Assembly (NCBI GenBank): GCA_036803685.1
Contig: DAIRTX010000008.1
Location: forward strand, 2,198-66,197
DNA length: 64,000 nt
Reading direction: 5' to 3'
DNA from: Verrucomicrobiota bacterium
Lineage (GTDB): Bacteria; Verrucomicrobiota; Verrucomicrobiia; Limisphaerales; UBA11358
The position numbers and the translations under genes were made by a program. The notes below the pieces were generated by a model. It saw only the letters and a program-made list of their open reading frames with translations, had not been told where the DNA came from and ran no database searches. Of this stretch, positions 36,922 to 46,519 are shown one piece after another (position 1 is the first letter of the stretch; the number at the start of each line of letters is the position of its first letter).

Positions 36922-38550
36922 ATGAATTATTTTGGAACGCGGCTGATTCTTTTATTGCTGGCCACCGCGCCGCTGTTCGTTCGGGCGGGTGGCGACGAGG
37001 TGGTCGTGGTTTACAACACCCGGATGCCGGGATCGAAGATGGTGGCCGAGCACTACGCCAAAATGCGGCGGGTGCCGGAGGCGCAAATTTACGGACTCGA
37101 CTTGCCCATAACCGAGGAGATGACCCGCGCCGAGTTTCGCGACGCGCTGCAATTCCCGCTGGTCAGCCGGCTGGTCGTGGACAAGCTCTGGCGGTTCGGT
37201 TCCGTGACCAACGCCGCCACCAACGGCCACCCGGCGCGGGTCGAACATCGCGTCGTTGAATCCAAGATTCGTTACGCGGTTCTCTGCTACGGTGTTCCGC
37301 TGAAAATTGCGTCCGATCCGAATTTGCGCGAACCGGCCAGGGAAAACGTCCGCCCGGAACTGTTGCGCAATGAAGCCGCGGTGGATTCCGAGCTGTCCTG
37401 GCTGCCGCTGGTGAAAATGGACATCCCGCTTTCCGGACCGCTGCCCAACTGGGTCTATGGGGTCACGAACCCGGCGCTGCTCCATCCCACCAACGGCGTT
37501 TTGCTGGTTGCGCGCCTCGACGGCCCCAGTCTCAACATCGCCCTCGGCCTCGTGGATAAGGCGCTGCAGGCAGAACGCGACGGCCTGTGGGGCCGCGGCT
37601 ATTTTGACGCGCGGGGACTGCCCCAAAGCGACACCAATTATATTTTGGGCGACGAATGGATCCTGGGTGCGGGAGAAATCTGCCGCCAACTGGGTTTTGA
37701 AACGACCGTGGACAAAAATCCCGCCACGTTCCCCGCCGATTTTCCGATGAGCCAGATCGCCATTTATTGCGGCTGGTATGACGGAAATGTTTCCGGCCCG
37801 TTTGCGTTGCCCAAGGTTGAATTCATGCCCGGTGCGTTCGCGTATCACTTGCACTCGTCCAGCGCGGCCACCTTGCGCAGCACCAATCAATACTGGGCCG
37901 GGCCACTGCTCGCCAAGGGCGCCACCTGCACCATGGGCTGCGTGTATGAGCCGTATCTCTCCTGCACTCCAAATGTCGCCGCCTTTCTCGCGCGATTGAT
38001 TGCCGGCGGATTCACGTTTGGCGAGGCCGCCTGGGCCGCGCAACCCGTTTTATCCTGGCAGATCACCGTCGTCGGCGACCCGCTTTACCGGCCCTTTGGC
38101 CGGGAACCGTCAGCGTTGCATGCAGAATTCGCGCGCACCCACAACCCGCTTATCGAATGGTCTTATCTGCGCATCGTGGATTTGGGTCTGGTTCACGGTG
38201 CGCCCGTTGTTCAACTCGCCGCTTTCCTCGAAACCATTCCCGTAACCACCAATAGCGCCGTGCTCACTGAAAAACTCGCCGGCCTTTTCGAAACGCAAGG
38301 CAAACCGTCCCCGGCCATTGAAACCTTCCAGCGCGTCCTGACACTCAACCCGTCGCCGGAACAGCGCATTCGCCTCCGGCTCACGCTCAGTGATAAACTC
38401 GTCGCCGCCGGACGCGAAAGCGACGCCATTGAAAATTACAAACAACTTCTCAAGGAATCACCCGATTACCCCGGCCAGCCATCCGTCGAGGCAAAACTGG
38501 CCGCGCTCGAACAAAAACTCGCCGGCACCAACGCTCCGGCCAAGCCGTAA
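36922..38550 (+). CDS. TIGR03790-like secreted protein with C-terminal TPR-like region
   Basis: Taken from the internal ATG: MNYFGTRLILLLLATAPLFVRAGGDEVVVVYNTRMPGSKMVAEHYAKMRRVPEAQIYGLDL... The pattern matches my memory of TIGR03790, which is unverified. Confidence 0.5.
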   Translation: MNYFGTRLILLLLATAPLFVRAGGDEVVVVYNTRMPGSKMVAEHYAKMRRVPEAQIYGLDLPITEEMTRAEFRDALQFPLVSRLVVDKLWRFGSVTNAATNGHPARVEHRVVESKIRYAVLCYGVPLKIASDPNLREPARENVRPELLRNEAAVDSELSWLPLVKMDIPLSGPLPNWVYGVTNPALLHPTNGVLLVARLDGPSLNIALGLVDKALQAERDGLWGRGYFDARGLPQSDTNYILGDEWILGAGEICRQLGFETTVDKNPATFPADFPMSQIAIYCGWYDGNVSGPFALPKVEFMPGAFAYHLHSSSAATLRSTNQYWAGPLLAKGATCTMGCVYEPYLSCTPNVAAFLARLIAGGFTFGEAAWAAQPVLSWQITVVGDPLYRPFGREPSALHAEFARTHNPLIEWSYLRIVDLGLVHGAPVVQLAAFLETIPVTTNSAVLTEKLAGLFETQGKPSPAIETFQRVLTLNPSPEQRIRLRLTLSDKLVAAGRESDAIENYKQLLKESPDYPGQPSVEAKLAALEQKLAGTNAPAKP

Positions 38551-38559
38551 CCTTTTCCC

Positions 38560-38665
38560 ATGACACAACTTCGAACATTCAACATTCAACATCGAACTCC
38601 GAATGAAGATCGGCGGCGTGTTATTCGACGTTCAGCGTTCGATGTTGGATGTTCGATGTTTCTCA
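38560..38665. repeat. REP-like inverted repeat (TTCGAACATTCAACATTCAACATCGAAC ... GTTCGATGTTGGATGTTCGATG)
   Basis: The arms are visible on both sides of 38610. A related GTTCGATGTTCGGCGTTTGATGTTGGATG occurs at about 51262-51300. Confidence 0.65.
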
Positions 38666-38690
38666 AAAAATTCCCTGCTACCTGAATTTT

Positions 38691-39500
38691 ATGGCCTTCT
38701 TCTATGACACCCATGCGCATCTTGATTACCCGGACTATGCAAAGGATTTGACGGAAGTCATTGCCCGCGCCCAGGCCGCCGGCATCACCAGGATCATTTC
38801 CATCGGCACCGATCTCGAAAGCAGCGCACGCGCAATCAAACTGGCCGAACATTTCGCGTGCGTTTTTGCCGCCGTCGGCTGGCATCCGTCAAACGCCCAC
38901 GAAGCACCGGACGATATTCGCGAACCGCTGCGCAAACTGGTGAAGCATCCGAAAGTCGTCGCCATCGGTGAAACGGGTCTGGACTATCACCATTTGCCGG
39001 GCGGAAAGACTGGCGGCACTGCCGACGACGACGCACGCTACAAGCAAAGACAGGCGCAGATTTTCCAACAGCAGCTCGAAGTCGCCATCGAAGCCGGACT
39101 GAACTGCGTGATTCACCAGCGCAACTCCTTTGACGATACGCTTGCACAACTCAAGCCGTTTGCCAGCAAGGTGCGCGGTGTGTTTCATTGCTTCGGCGAA
39201 TCGGTTGAGCGACTGCATCGCGTTCTGGAAATCGGCTCGCTCGTCAGCTTCACCGGCATCGTCACGTTCAAGAACGGACAGAACGTCCGCGACACCGTCG
39301 CCGCCACGCCGCCCGGCCAGTTCATGCTGGAAACCGATTGTCCGTATCTCGCGCCCGTGCCGTATCGTGGCAAACGTTGCGAACCGGCTTATGTGAAGGA
39401 AATTTCCGAAACCGTCGCCCAAGTGAAGGGCTGTTCGCTCGAAGAATTGAGCGCGGCGACGTGCAAAACGGCGGCGGAATTTTTCCCGAAGTTAAAATAG
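38691..39500 (+). CDS. TatD-family metal-dependent hydrolase
   Basis: Taken from the internal ATG: MAFFYDTHAHLDYPDY...AIGETGLDY...VIHQR...FHCF...LETDCPYL. Confidence 0.88.
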   Translation: MAFFYDTHAHLDYPDYAKDLTEVIARAQAAGITRIISIGTDLESSARAIKLAEHFACVFAAVGWHPSNAHEAPDDIREPLRKLVKHPKVVAIGETGLDYHHLPGGKTGGTADDDARYKQRQAQIFQQQLEVAIEAGLNCVIHQRNSFDDTLAQLKPFASKVRGVFHCFGESVERLHRVLEIGSLVSFTGIVTFKNGQNVRDTVAATPPGQFMLETDCPYLAPVPYRGKRCEPAYVKEISETVAQVKGCSLEELSAATCKTAAEFFPKLK

Positions 39501-39615
39501 GAACGCCCAACCACCCGGACATTGCATCGGCCCGCAACCAATGGCATTGCAATTGCGTATTACACGGTGATAAGAAGAGCGCAAATCAAATTGACGCATC
39601 AACCAGCAGGAACAT

Positions 39616-40020
39616 ATGAAATCATTAAACATCAGCACCCCATTGGCCCTTGTGGCTTTGGCTATTATCTCGACCTCCTGCACGACCCCGAAGCCGCTAC
39701 AAGCCTTTCACAACACCGACAATACGGCATTGGTTGTTGAATCTTTGTATAACCGGACTTGCCAGATGCTGCAACCAACCGCCTCTGGCAGGGAGGATTG
39801 CGACAAGCTTCTGGAAAAGGCCATGAAACTGTCCCAACACCAGACGGCCGTCGTGATCCTGGAGAATTACACCGAACCACGGATTGGCGCCCAATTCCGC
39901 GATCGCGGCCCTCTTTGGTTCGTTTGCCTGCGCAGTCTCGGATATCAACACATTGTCTTCCTTCAAGGCAGAGACGTCAGCAACCCTGAAGGTTTGACAA
40001 CCCTCGTCGAATACGATTGA
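39616..40020 (+). CDS. hypothetical lipoprotein
   Basis: 134 aa with a signal peptide and a lipobox-like AIISTSC. Confidence 0.5.
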   Translation: MKSLNISTPLALVALAIISTSCTTPKPLQAFHNTDNTALVVESLYNRTCQMLQPTASGREDCDKLLEKAMKLSQHQTAVVILENYTEPRIGAQFRDRGPLWFVCLRSLGYQHIVFLQGRDVSNPEGLTTLVEYD

Positions 40021-40116
40021 CGAAATCAAGGCGGGCTGGGGCTGGTTGGAAGACTGGACTCTCCTGCCGATCAAACCGCTGCCATTTTTATTCATTGCAC
40101 CAATGGCTTCAGCGTA

Positions 40117-40902
40117 TTGATAATTGCTGAAACGATGGCAGAAGAACTCCAACTGCGCATCCACGGCGAAGCTTCGCTGCCCACGCTGATTTATCTGCCC
40201 GGCTTGCACGGCGATTGGACGCTAATCGGCAGCTTTCGCAAGGTCATCGGCGGCAGGGCGCGCTTCGTCGAAATCACCTACCCGCGCACGCTCACGTGGT
40301 CGCTGGACGATTACGCGGCGGCCATCGAAACCGCGCTGGCGCACAATGGAATCACCCGCGGCTGGCTGCTCGGCGAATCGTATGGCTCGCAAGTTTTGTG
40401 GGCGATGGTCGCGCGCGGGAAGTTTCCGGCGCAGGGCGTGATTCTGGCGGGCGGTTTCGTGAAACATCCCATGCGCGGAGCGGTGCGGCTGGCGGAAAAA
40501 CTCACCGGCAGGATTTCCACGGCATTCTTCGTCTGGATCATCTTCGGTTATGCCAAAATCGCGCGTTTCCGGTATCGCCGTTCGCCGGAGACGCTGGCGA
40601 CCATTGACGAATTCGTTGTCCGCCGGACGGAACTGGACCGCCGCGCCGCACAGCATCGCCTGCATTTGATGGCCCAATACGATCCGCGCCCGGTTGCCAG
40701 CCAGACCCGGTTGCCGGTCTTTGGCTTGAGTGGAATTCTTGATCCCATCGTGCCCTGGCCGTTCGTCGGGCGCTGGCTCAGGAAAAATTGTCCGGCCTTG
40801 CGCGATTACAGAATCATTCACAGCGCCGACCACAACGTCCTCAGCACCGCTCCAGTGGAAGCAGCGCAGCAGGTTTTGGATTGGATGAACCAACAACCGT
40901 AG
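40117..40902 (+). CDS. alpha/beta hydrolase
   Basis: 261 aa with LIYLPGLHGDW, the nucleophile elbow LLGESYGS, and a late ...SADHNVL. Confidence 0.7.
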   Translation: MIIAETMAEELQLRIHGEASLPTLIYLPGLHGDWTLIGSFRKVIGGRARFVEITYPRTLTWSLDDYAAAIETALAHNGITRGWLLGESYGSQVLWAMVARGKFPAQGVILAGGFVKHPMRGAVRLAEKLTGRISTAFFVWIIFGYAKIARFRYRRSPETLATIDEFVVRRTELDRRAAQHRLHLMAQYDPRPVASQTRLPVFGLSGILDPIVPWPFVGRWLRKNCPALRDYRIIHSADHNVLSTAPVEAAQQVLDWMNQQP

Positions 40903-40923
40903 CAACCAAGGTAACGAGGCTCT

Positions 40924-41051
40924 GATACCAATTCCCAGAGGCAATCGGGGCAATGGGTAGGGCGGCGCTGCTGCGCCGCCGGGTATGATGGCCGCGCAGC
41001 AGCGCGGCCCTACCGTCTGGGAAATGTGCCGATTATTATCAGGAAATGGTA
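40924..41051. repeat. MITE-like palindromic element, copy D (128 bp)
   Basis: ATACCAATTCCCAGAGGCAATCGGGGCAATGGGTAGGGCGGCGCTGC...GCGGCCCTACCGTCTGGGAAATGTGCCGATTATTATCAGGAAATGGTAT. Confidence 0.8.
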
Positions 41052-41145
41052 TGATTTGTTTCGGACGGAGAAGAATGAGCCTCCTCACCCGTCTTCGTTA
41101 CGCTGCGTCGCGGCAAGCGTCGGCTGCTACAATAAATTCCAAATT

Positions 41146-41595
41146 CTACGGCTGCTTGAGTCGGAAAAACAAATTCCCCGTCGGCGGAGTGATGGTGATG
41201 CTGTTCGTGCCGTTGCTGGTCGTGGTGGTATAGCCGTTGGTCGTCCAACTTCCGCCGGCCAGATTGGAATTCTGCAACAACGTGTAACTGCCCGTGTCCG
41301 GCCAGGAGACGGTCACAGTTGAGAGTTGAGAGTTGAGAGTAATCGTGAGTAACGGCAAGCCGGGCGTTTGCATCACGGAAATGAGACTCCAGAAACCGCC
41401 GGTCAAAGAATAATTGCCGCCGGTCATCGGCCCGCCGGCATCGTGCTGGCCGATGGTGCCGCTGACGGTGTAGGTGCCGCCGGTGCTCGTGCCGCCGCCA
41501 CCGGCGATTTTATACCAGTCAATCGAGTAAGACTGGGCGTGCGCCGACGAGAACGCCAGAGCCAACACCATGAGGATCAATCCAACAATTCGCAT
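41146..41595 (-). CDS. small secreted protein with Gly/Thr-rich N-domain and C-terminal ...FFRLKQP module
   Basis: 149 aa with signal peptide MRIVGLILMVLALAFSSAHA. The C-terminal W...Y.LQ...L...W...FFRL motif also ends the PD40 protein at 46520. Confidence 0.6.
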   Translation of the reverse strand: MRIVGLILMVLALAFSSAHAQSYSIDWYKIAGGGGTSTGGTYTVSGTIGQHDAGGPMTGGNYSLTGGFWSLISVMQTPGLPLLTITLNSQLSTVTVSWPDTGSYTLLQNSNLAGGSWTTNGYTTTTSNGTNSITITPPTGNLFFRLKQP

Positions 41596-41811
41596 GACCT
41601 AGCCACCTTACGTCAAGATCGGCAGATGATTCAACCCTGAAAACATCAAAAATGGATCATGCTGGGAACCGATTGTCTGTATTTTGCGCCGTACCGCATC
41701 ACAACAAACGCTTTAACCCCACCTACGCGAAGGAATTTTGGGAGTTGTCGCGCAAGTCAGAGGCTGTCACTCGAATAATTGTCCTCTGAGATTACCAATG
41801 AAATAACTGAA

Positions 41812-42234
41812 TCATTTTGCGCCATCCATATTGCTAGGAACTGCATTACTGGGCGCTTGCATCAATTTCGAATACAATGCCCAGTCAATTTGCCGAAGAA
41901 CGTGATTGCCTTTTTCAATCCATGCCCTCGTTGGAAAAGTTGGGTATTTTTTTGCTAAAGAAGCAAACTTCTCTGTTCCCTGCTGTATGGCATTCGTGGC
42001 CAACATCATTTTACCATTCGCCCATTGTTCCCACCGTTCTCCTTTCAACTCATAATCCGTATTGAGCTGTTGAGCCTTAACCATATTTCCAATTTCAATA
42101 GCACACGCCATGGCCAATGCACGGCTTTTGTCTGCCGCACGATCAATAACGAGCACTGATTCAAAATTCGTTAGTGCAATCCGCGATTCTAACAACCCAA
42201 ACAACATTGGCACTTTGAAGCCCGGATTTTCCAA
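41812..42234 (-). CDS. hypothetical protein (orphan, low GC) downstream of the WYL regulator
   Basis: A 140-aa ORF in a stretch of about 42% GC. No domain is recognised. Confidence 0.4.
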   Translation of the reverse strand: MENPGFKVPMLFGLLESRIALTNFESVLVIDRAADKSRALAMACAIEIGNMVKAQQLNTDYELKGERWEQWANGKMMLATNAIQQGTEKFASLAKKYPTFPTRAWIEKGNHVLRQIDWALYSKLMQAPSNAVPSNMDGAK

Positions 42235-42278
42235 CTATTCGCTGAATACGCCGGTCACCCCGTATTGTCCAGAGTTTT

Positions 42279-43265
42279 TTACCCCGAAGAATCGAGAATC
42301 CGCTGGGCTGAATTGTGAATGGCCTCAACCAATTCGCGCGGCTTCAGAACTTTTGCATCCCCGCCCCAGCTCAGAACCCAGCGTTCGATTTCCATCAAGC
42401 TGGAAAGTTCCATCCTCAATTCCACTCCCCCGCCCTTCAAGTCGCGCAGTTGCTGCGATTCGTGCCATTTCTTTTCGCGGACGTAATCGGCGGCGCGCGC
42501 GTTGAAACGGATGACGACTTCATATTCGCCTTCGCCGGAATGGACGCCAAAACTGTCGCGCAAACGTTTTTCGAGCGAGAACTTTTGCGGGCGCTCGAAG
42601 GTTTTGCCGGTCAGCTTCACGGATTGCACGCGCGCGGGAACGAAGGTGCGGATGTCCTTGCGCGCGTGGTCGTAGGCGAACAGATACCATTCGCCGTTGA
42701 TGTTCGCCAAATGATACGGGTCAACGAGGCGCGGCTCGGTTTCCTTTCGCCCCGGCTTGCGATAAGCCAGTTCAATTTGTTGCCGATGCGCGGCCGCCCG
42801 GGCCAGCATGTCGAAAATTTCAAGATTCAAAATCGGCTCGGCGCGGGTGCGGAAGGAAATCGTCTGCCCGACGTCGGCGAGATTGAGCGAAATGGTGTCG
42901 GGCAGCGACTGCTCCATTTTCCGGATGGCGCTGAGAATCGGTTTCTCGAAGCTCGTGCCGCGATATTGCTGGAGCGCCTTTTCGGCGACGATGAGCGCGA
43001 AGAGTTCGCCCTCGGTAATCTGGATGTTCGGGAACGCGCTGACTTCCTCGGTGTAAAAATATCCGATGCGCGCGCTGTCATATTCAACCGGCAGGCCGAG
43101 CCGGTCGCGCATGAACTCGATGTCGCGATGAATCGTCTTGGTGGCGACTTCGATCTCGCGCGCGAGCGTGGAGGCGTTGGGGAATTTGCCGGACTGAAGC
43201 GCCTGATGGATGCGCAACATCCGTTCCAAAGGCGGACGTGACCGCAGCGACTCCACCGTCGTCAT
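42279..43265 (-). CDS. WYL-domain transcriptional regulator (HTH-WYL-WCX)
   Basis: Taken from the internal ATG: MTTVESLRSRPPLERMLRIHQALQSGKFPNASTLAREIEVATKTIHRDIEFMRDRLGLP (HTH)...RLVDPYHLANINGEWYLFAYDHARKDIRTFVPARV (WYL). Confidence 0.8.
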   Translation of the reverse strand: MTTVESLRSRPPLERMLRIHQALQSGKFPNASTLAREIEVATKTIHRDIEFMRDRLGLPVEYDSARIGYFYTEEVSAFPNIQITEGELFALIVAEKALQQYRGTSFEKPILSAIRKMEQSLPDTISLNLADVGQTISFRTRAEPILNLEIFDMLARAAAHRQQIELAYRKPGRKETEPRLVDPYHLANINGEWYLFAYDHARKDIRTFVPARVQSVKLTGKTFERPQKFSLEKRLRDSFGVHSGEGEYEVVIRFNARAADYVREKKWHESQQLRDLKGGGVELRMELSSLMEIERWVLSWGGDAKVLKPRELVEAIHNSAQRILDSSG

Positions 43266-43284
43266 TCCCGGTTGGGATTTGTTC

Positions 43285-44118
43285 TCATGCCGGGCATTCA
43301 TTTTTTTCAGGGCACGCCGGTGCATAGAGCAATGGATCCTGCCGGTAAAACTCCTGCAACTCGGCATATAACGCCGGATGCCGTTCTTTCAATTGCCCGG
43401 GCCTCTCGAAAAAACATTCCGTGGCCACGGCGAAAAACTCCGCTGGATTTTGAGCACCATACGTATCCAAGACCGTCTCCCGCCCGTCTTCAGCCGCGCG
43501 GCGAAGTTGTTGGAATTCTGCGCTCAGAACTTTGGCCCACGTTTGGTAACGGTGGCGCGTTTGCCACAAGTTTGACCCGCCGAGGAGCGGAGCGCCGTCA
43601 GCGATGCCGTCCTCCTGATCCAGTTGGTGCGCAAACTCGTGAATGACCAGATTCCGGTTCTTGTCCAGTTCCACCGCGCCGGCGATCGCCCCATCCCACG
43701 CCAGGACCACCGTCCCGTGCGGCCAGGATTCGCCGCCTCGCGCCTGGTCTCCTTCGATAATCGTCCCATCTTTTTCCTGATGCCACGTTCTGGCGATGTA
43801 GCTGGAGGGATAGACCAGGATGCTGCGCAGGCGGGGGTAGCAGTCCGTGTCCCGGTGCAGCAGCAACAGGCACGCCTGCGCCGCGATCAACACCTTCACT
43901 TCATCGGTGACCTCCTGCCCGTCACAGCCCTCAAACCGCTTCTCCGCCAGGAAAACGTGAATGTGGCCTTCCAATTCCTGGCGATCCGCCGGTGGGAGGC
44001 GGGAATACATGGAATAACGGCTCATAAGAATGTCGCGCCATTCTGAAGGGAACGGCTGGCTCCGAATGCTGTCACGGCGGCGTTTTTTAAGAAATCCGAA
44101 CATGCCAGTCCCGAACAC
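43285..44118 (-). CDS. mtfA: M90-family zinc peptidase MtfA
   Basis: 277 aa with LVIHEFAHQLD, NPAEFFAVATECFF and FYRQDPL, which parallel E. coli MtfA IHEVAHKLD / ECFAVLSEYFF / FYQQDPL. Confidence 0.75.
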   Translation of the reverse strand: MFGTGMFGFLKKRRRDSIRSQPFPSEWRDILMSRYSMYSRLPPADRQELEGHIHVFLAEKRFEGCDGQEVTDEVKVLIAAQACLLLLHRDTDCYPRLRSILVYPSSYIARTWHQEKDGTIIEGDQARGGESWPHGTVVLAWDGAIAGAVELDKNRNLVIHEFAHQLDQEDGIADGAPLLGGSNLWQTRHRYQTWAKVLSAEFQQLRRAAEDGRETVLDTYGAQNPAEFFAVATECFFERPGQLKERHPALYAELQEFYRQDPLLYAPACPEKNECPA

Positions 44119-44134
44119 CCGCCCGCGTTCCGGC

Positions 44135-45277
44135 TCAACTGCCCTTTTCGAGCCTCGCGAGCAACTCGTCGTTGGTCTTGTGTTTCTTGAGCGCGGCGGT
44201 GAGCGTTTCCATCGCTTCGATGGGATTCAAGTCCACCATCGTGCGGCGCAATTTGCGGATGGCTTCAAGATATTTGGCCGGGAAAAGTTTTTCCTCCTTG
44301 CGCGTGCCGCTCTTGGGAATGTCAATGGCCGGGAACAACCGCCGGTCGGACAGTTTGCGGTCGAGAATCAATTCCATGTTGCCCGTGCCTTTGAACTCCT
44401 GGAAAATGAGTTCGTCCATGCGCGACCCGGTGTCAATCAGCGCGGTGGCCAGAATCGTCAGCGAACCGCCTTCTTCAATTTTGCGCGCCGAGGCAAACAT
44501 CTTGCGCGGGATTTCCAGCGCCCGGGCGTCCACACCGCCGGTCATCGTTCGACCGCTGCCGCCGTGAACGCTGTTGTAGGCGCGGGCAATGCGCGTGAGC
44601 GAATCCATCAGCACGAAAACGTCCTTGCCGGATTCAACGATGCGACGGCAACGCTCGATCATAAAACGCGAAAGGCGCACATGCGTTTCCAAATCCATGT
44701 CGTTCGACGACGCGACGACTTCGGCTTTGACCGAACGTTGGAAGTCAGTGACCTCTTCCGGCCGCTCGTCAATGAGCAGCACCATCGTGTGGACTTCGGG
44801 GTGGTTCGTGGTGATGGCGTTGCAGATTTGCTTGAGGATGGTGGTCTTGCCGCTGCGCGGCGGGGAGACGATCAACCCGCGCGTGCCTTTGCCAATCGGC
44901 GTGACGAGGTCAATAATGCGCGTTTCAATCAGGTCGGGACTGGTTTCGAGGTTGAACTTTTCAATCGGGTCAATGGTGGTGAGGTTTTCAAAGCGGACGG
45001 CCTTGGTGTATTCCTCGAACGGCATGTCGTTGACTTTTTCGACGGTCTTGAGCTGCGGACTCGTGCCGCGATGTGGCGGCTGGGTCACCCCGGCGACATG
45101 GCTGCCCTCGCGCAAAAAGCTGCGGCGAATGGTGTCGGGCGTGACAAAGATGTCGGTCGGCTTCGGATGAAAATGGTTGGCCGCCGTGCGCAGGAAACCG
45201 AAGCCCTTTTCGGAAATTTCCAGGTAACCGGAACCGTAATTGGACGTTTTATCGTCGTTGTTTTCTGAACCGCTCAT
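44135..45277 (-). CDS. rho: transcription termination factor Rho
   Basis: 380 aa with GYLEISEKGFGFLR, the Walker A motif PPRSGKTT, and the ...LLIDERPEEV and ...GSLTILATALIDTGSRMDE motifs. Confidence 0.92.
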   Translation of the reverse strand: MSGSENNDDKTSNYGSGYLEISEKGFGFLRTAANHFHPKPTDIFVTPDTIRRSFLREGSHVAGVTQPPHRGTSPQLKTVEKVNDMPFEEYTKAVRFENLTTIDPIEKFNLETSPDLIETRIIDLVTPIGKGTRGLIVSPPRSGKTTILKQICNAITTNHPEVHTMVLLIDERPEEVTDFQRSVKAEVVASSNDMDLETHVRLSRFMIERCRRIVESGKDVFVLMDSLTRIARAYNSVHGGSGRTMTGGVDARALEIPRKMFASARKIEEGGSLTILATALIDTGSRMDELIFQEFKGTGNMELILDRKLSDRRLFPAIDIPKSGTRKEEKLFPAKYLEAIRKLRRTMVDLNPIEAMETLTAALKKHKTNDELLARLEKGS

Positions 45278-45687
45278 AATTTGTGTGCTCGAAGGCAGGA
45301 ATTAATCCCTAAACCAGTTTTGAATTGTTGAATCTTGGGAAGCAACCCCGCAAAGGCGGGGTCCTTAAAACCTTCGACACCCAATGATTACGGACAAAAC
45401 CCGCCGGATGCAACAATTATTTTAAAGAATTATTTTCACAGTAGTCCCACGGGATTGAAGGTTGTGGGTAAAAAAAGAGTTGGTTTGCGGGTTTGAACCC
45501 GGCCACAAGGCGGGGGATGAAAAACCAAACTCAACGCAAGCCAACGCCGGGAAAGTTCTCGCTTCTGCGGCAGCTCTGCGATCTTATTCCGGCATATCTG
45601 GTTCCCAAGCTGGCGCAGGACACCGGCGTCAACCATTCCTCCAGAAAAGCTGTTCTGGAAACCCATCATCGAGTGCGACATGTTGCG

Positions 45688-46515
45688 TTATTGGATCAAG
45701 GATGTTGCTCTTTGTTCAAGCCAGGCGTTATCTCCAGAATTTGGATCGCTAGCAAGGCCGTTAAATATTAACGGCGGATTCAAAACATATTTATCAGTCC
45801 ATCTCTTGATTTCCGAGTGCCCGTCGGCAAATGAAAGACCGCCGGCATTACCATGGCGCGTTGCCGGGACATCCTGCCACCGATTAACCATGGTCGGGTC
45901 GCTTACAAAAAAAGCATCGTTAATGGAATATTCGTTTTCGTCTATTAAAACATATGTCATGGACGGGCCGGGCCGGGTGATATCCGTGTCCTTATAAAAT
46001 TTCTTTCCAAAAGGGCTCCAAGGATTTATTGGAGCCAACCAACAATTCATCGAATAACTGCGAACTTTGGGATAAATGTTAAGACCAAACTTAAAGAAGG
46101 ACTGGTCCGCCGGGCATTTATAAACATTTAAAGAATTTACATAGGGATAAATGACGCCGGCTTGAATAAAATTGGTTGCATACAAGCTAAACGCATTCAT
46201 GCTTCCGGGACACCATTGAGCCCAAATGCCTCCAGGCAGAATTCTGGGGTCTGTTGGAATGATCGGCTGTGTGGCTTGACTCCCGTTTTGCGCCAGCTTG
46301 CCGTTGTTGTCTTCGGCATACATTTGCCAGCCCAGAGTCAACTGGCGCAGGTTTTCCAGGCACTGAAAGGCTTGTGAATTCGGTTTCGTATTGGCCAGTG
46401 CGGGCAGCAGCAGCACGCCTAAAATAGCGACTGTCACAATCACGACGAGCAGTTCAGTCAGCGTGAAGCCGTCATCGCGGGTGTTATTGAAAGCTATTGA
46501 ACGTGTCGTTCTCAT
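45688..46515 (-). CDS. prepilin-type N-terminal cleavage/methylation protein with DUF1559 (H-X9-DG) domain
   Basis: 275 aa with GFTLTELLVVIVTVAILGVLLLPAL and a C-terminal HGNAGGLSFADGH. Confidence 0.85.
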   Translation of the reverse strand: MRTTRSIAFNNTRDDGFTLTELLVVIVTVAILGVLLLPALANTKPNSQAFQCLENLRQLTLGWQMYAEDNNGKLAQNGSQATQPIIPTDPRILPGGIWAQWCPGSMNAFSLYATNFIQAGVIYPYVNSLNVYKCPADQSFFKFGLNIYPKVRSYSMNCWLAPINPWSPFGKKFYKDTDITRPGPSMTYVLIDENEYSINDAFFVSDPTMVNRWQDVPATRHGNAGGLSFADGHSEIKRWTDKYVLNPPLIFNGLASDPNSGDNAWLEQRATSLIQ

Positions 46516-46519
46516 AATA

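Noticed and set aside
44030-45268. A 412-aa plus-strand ORF.
   Set aside because: It is antisense to rho, whose Walker A and RNA-binding motifs are unambiguous on the other strand.
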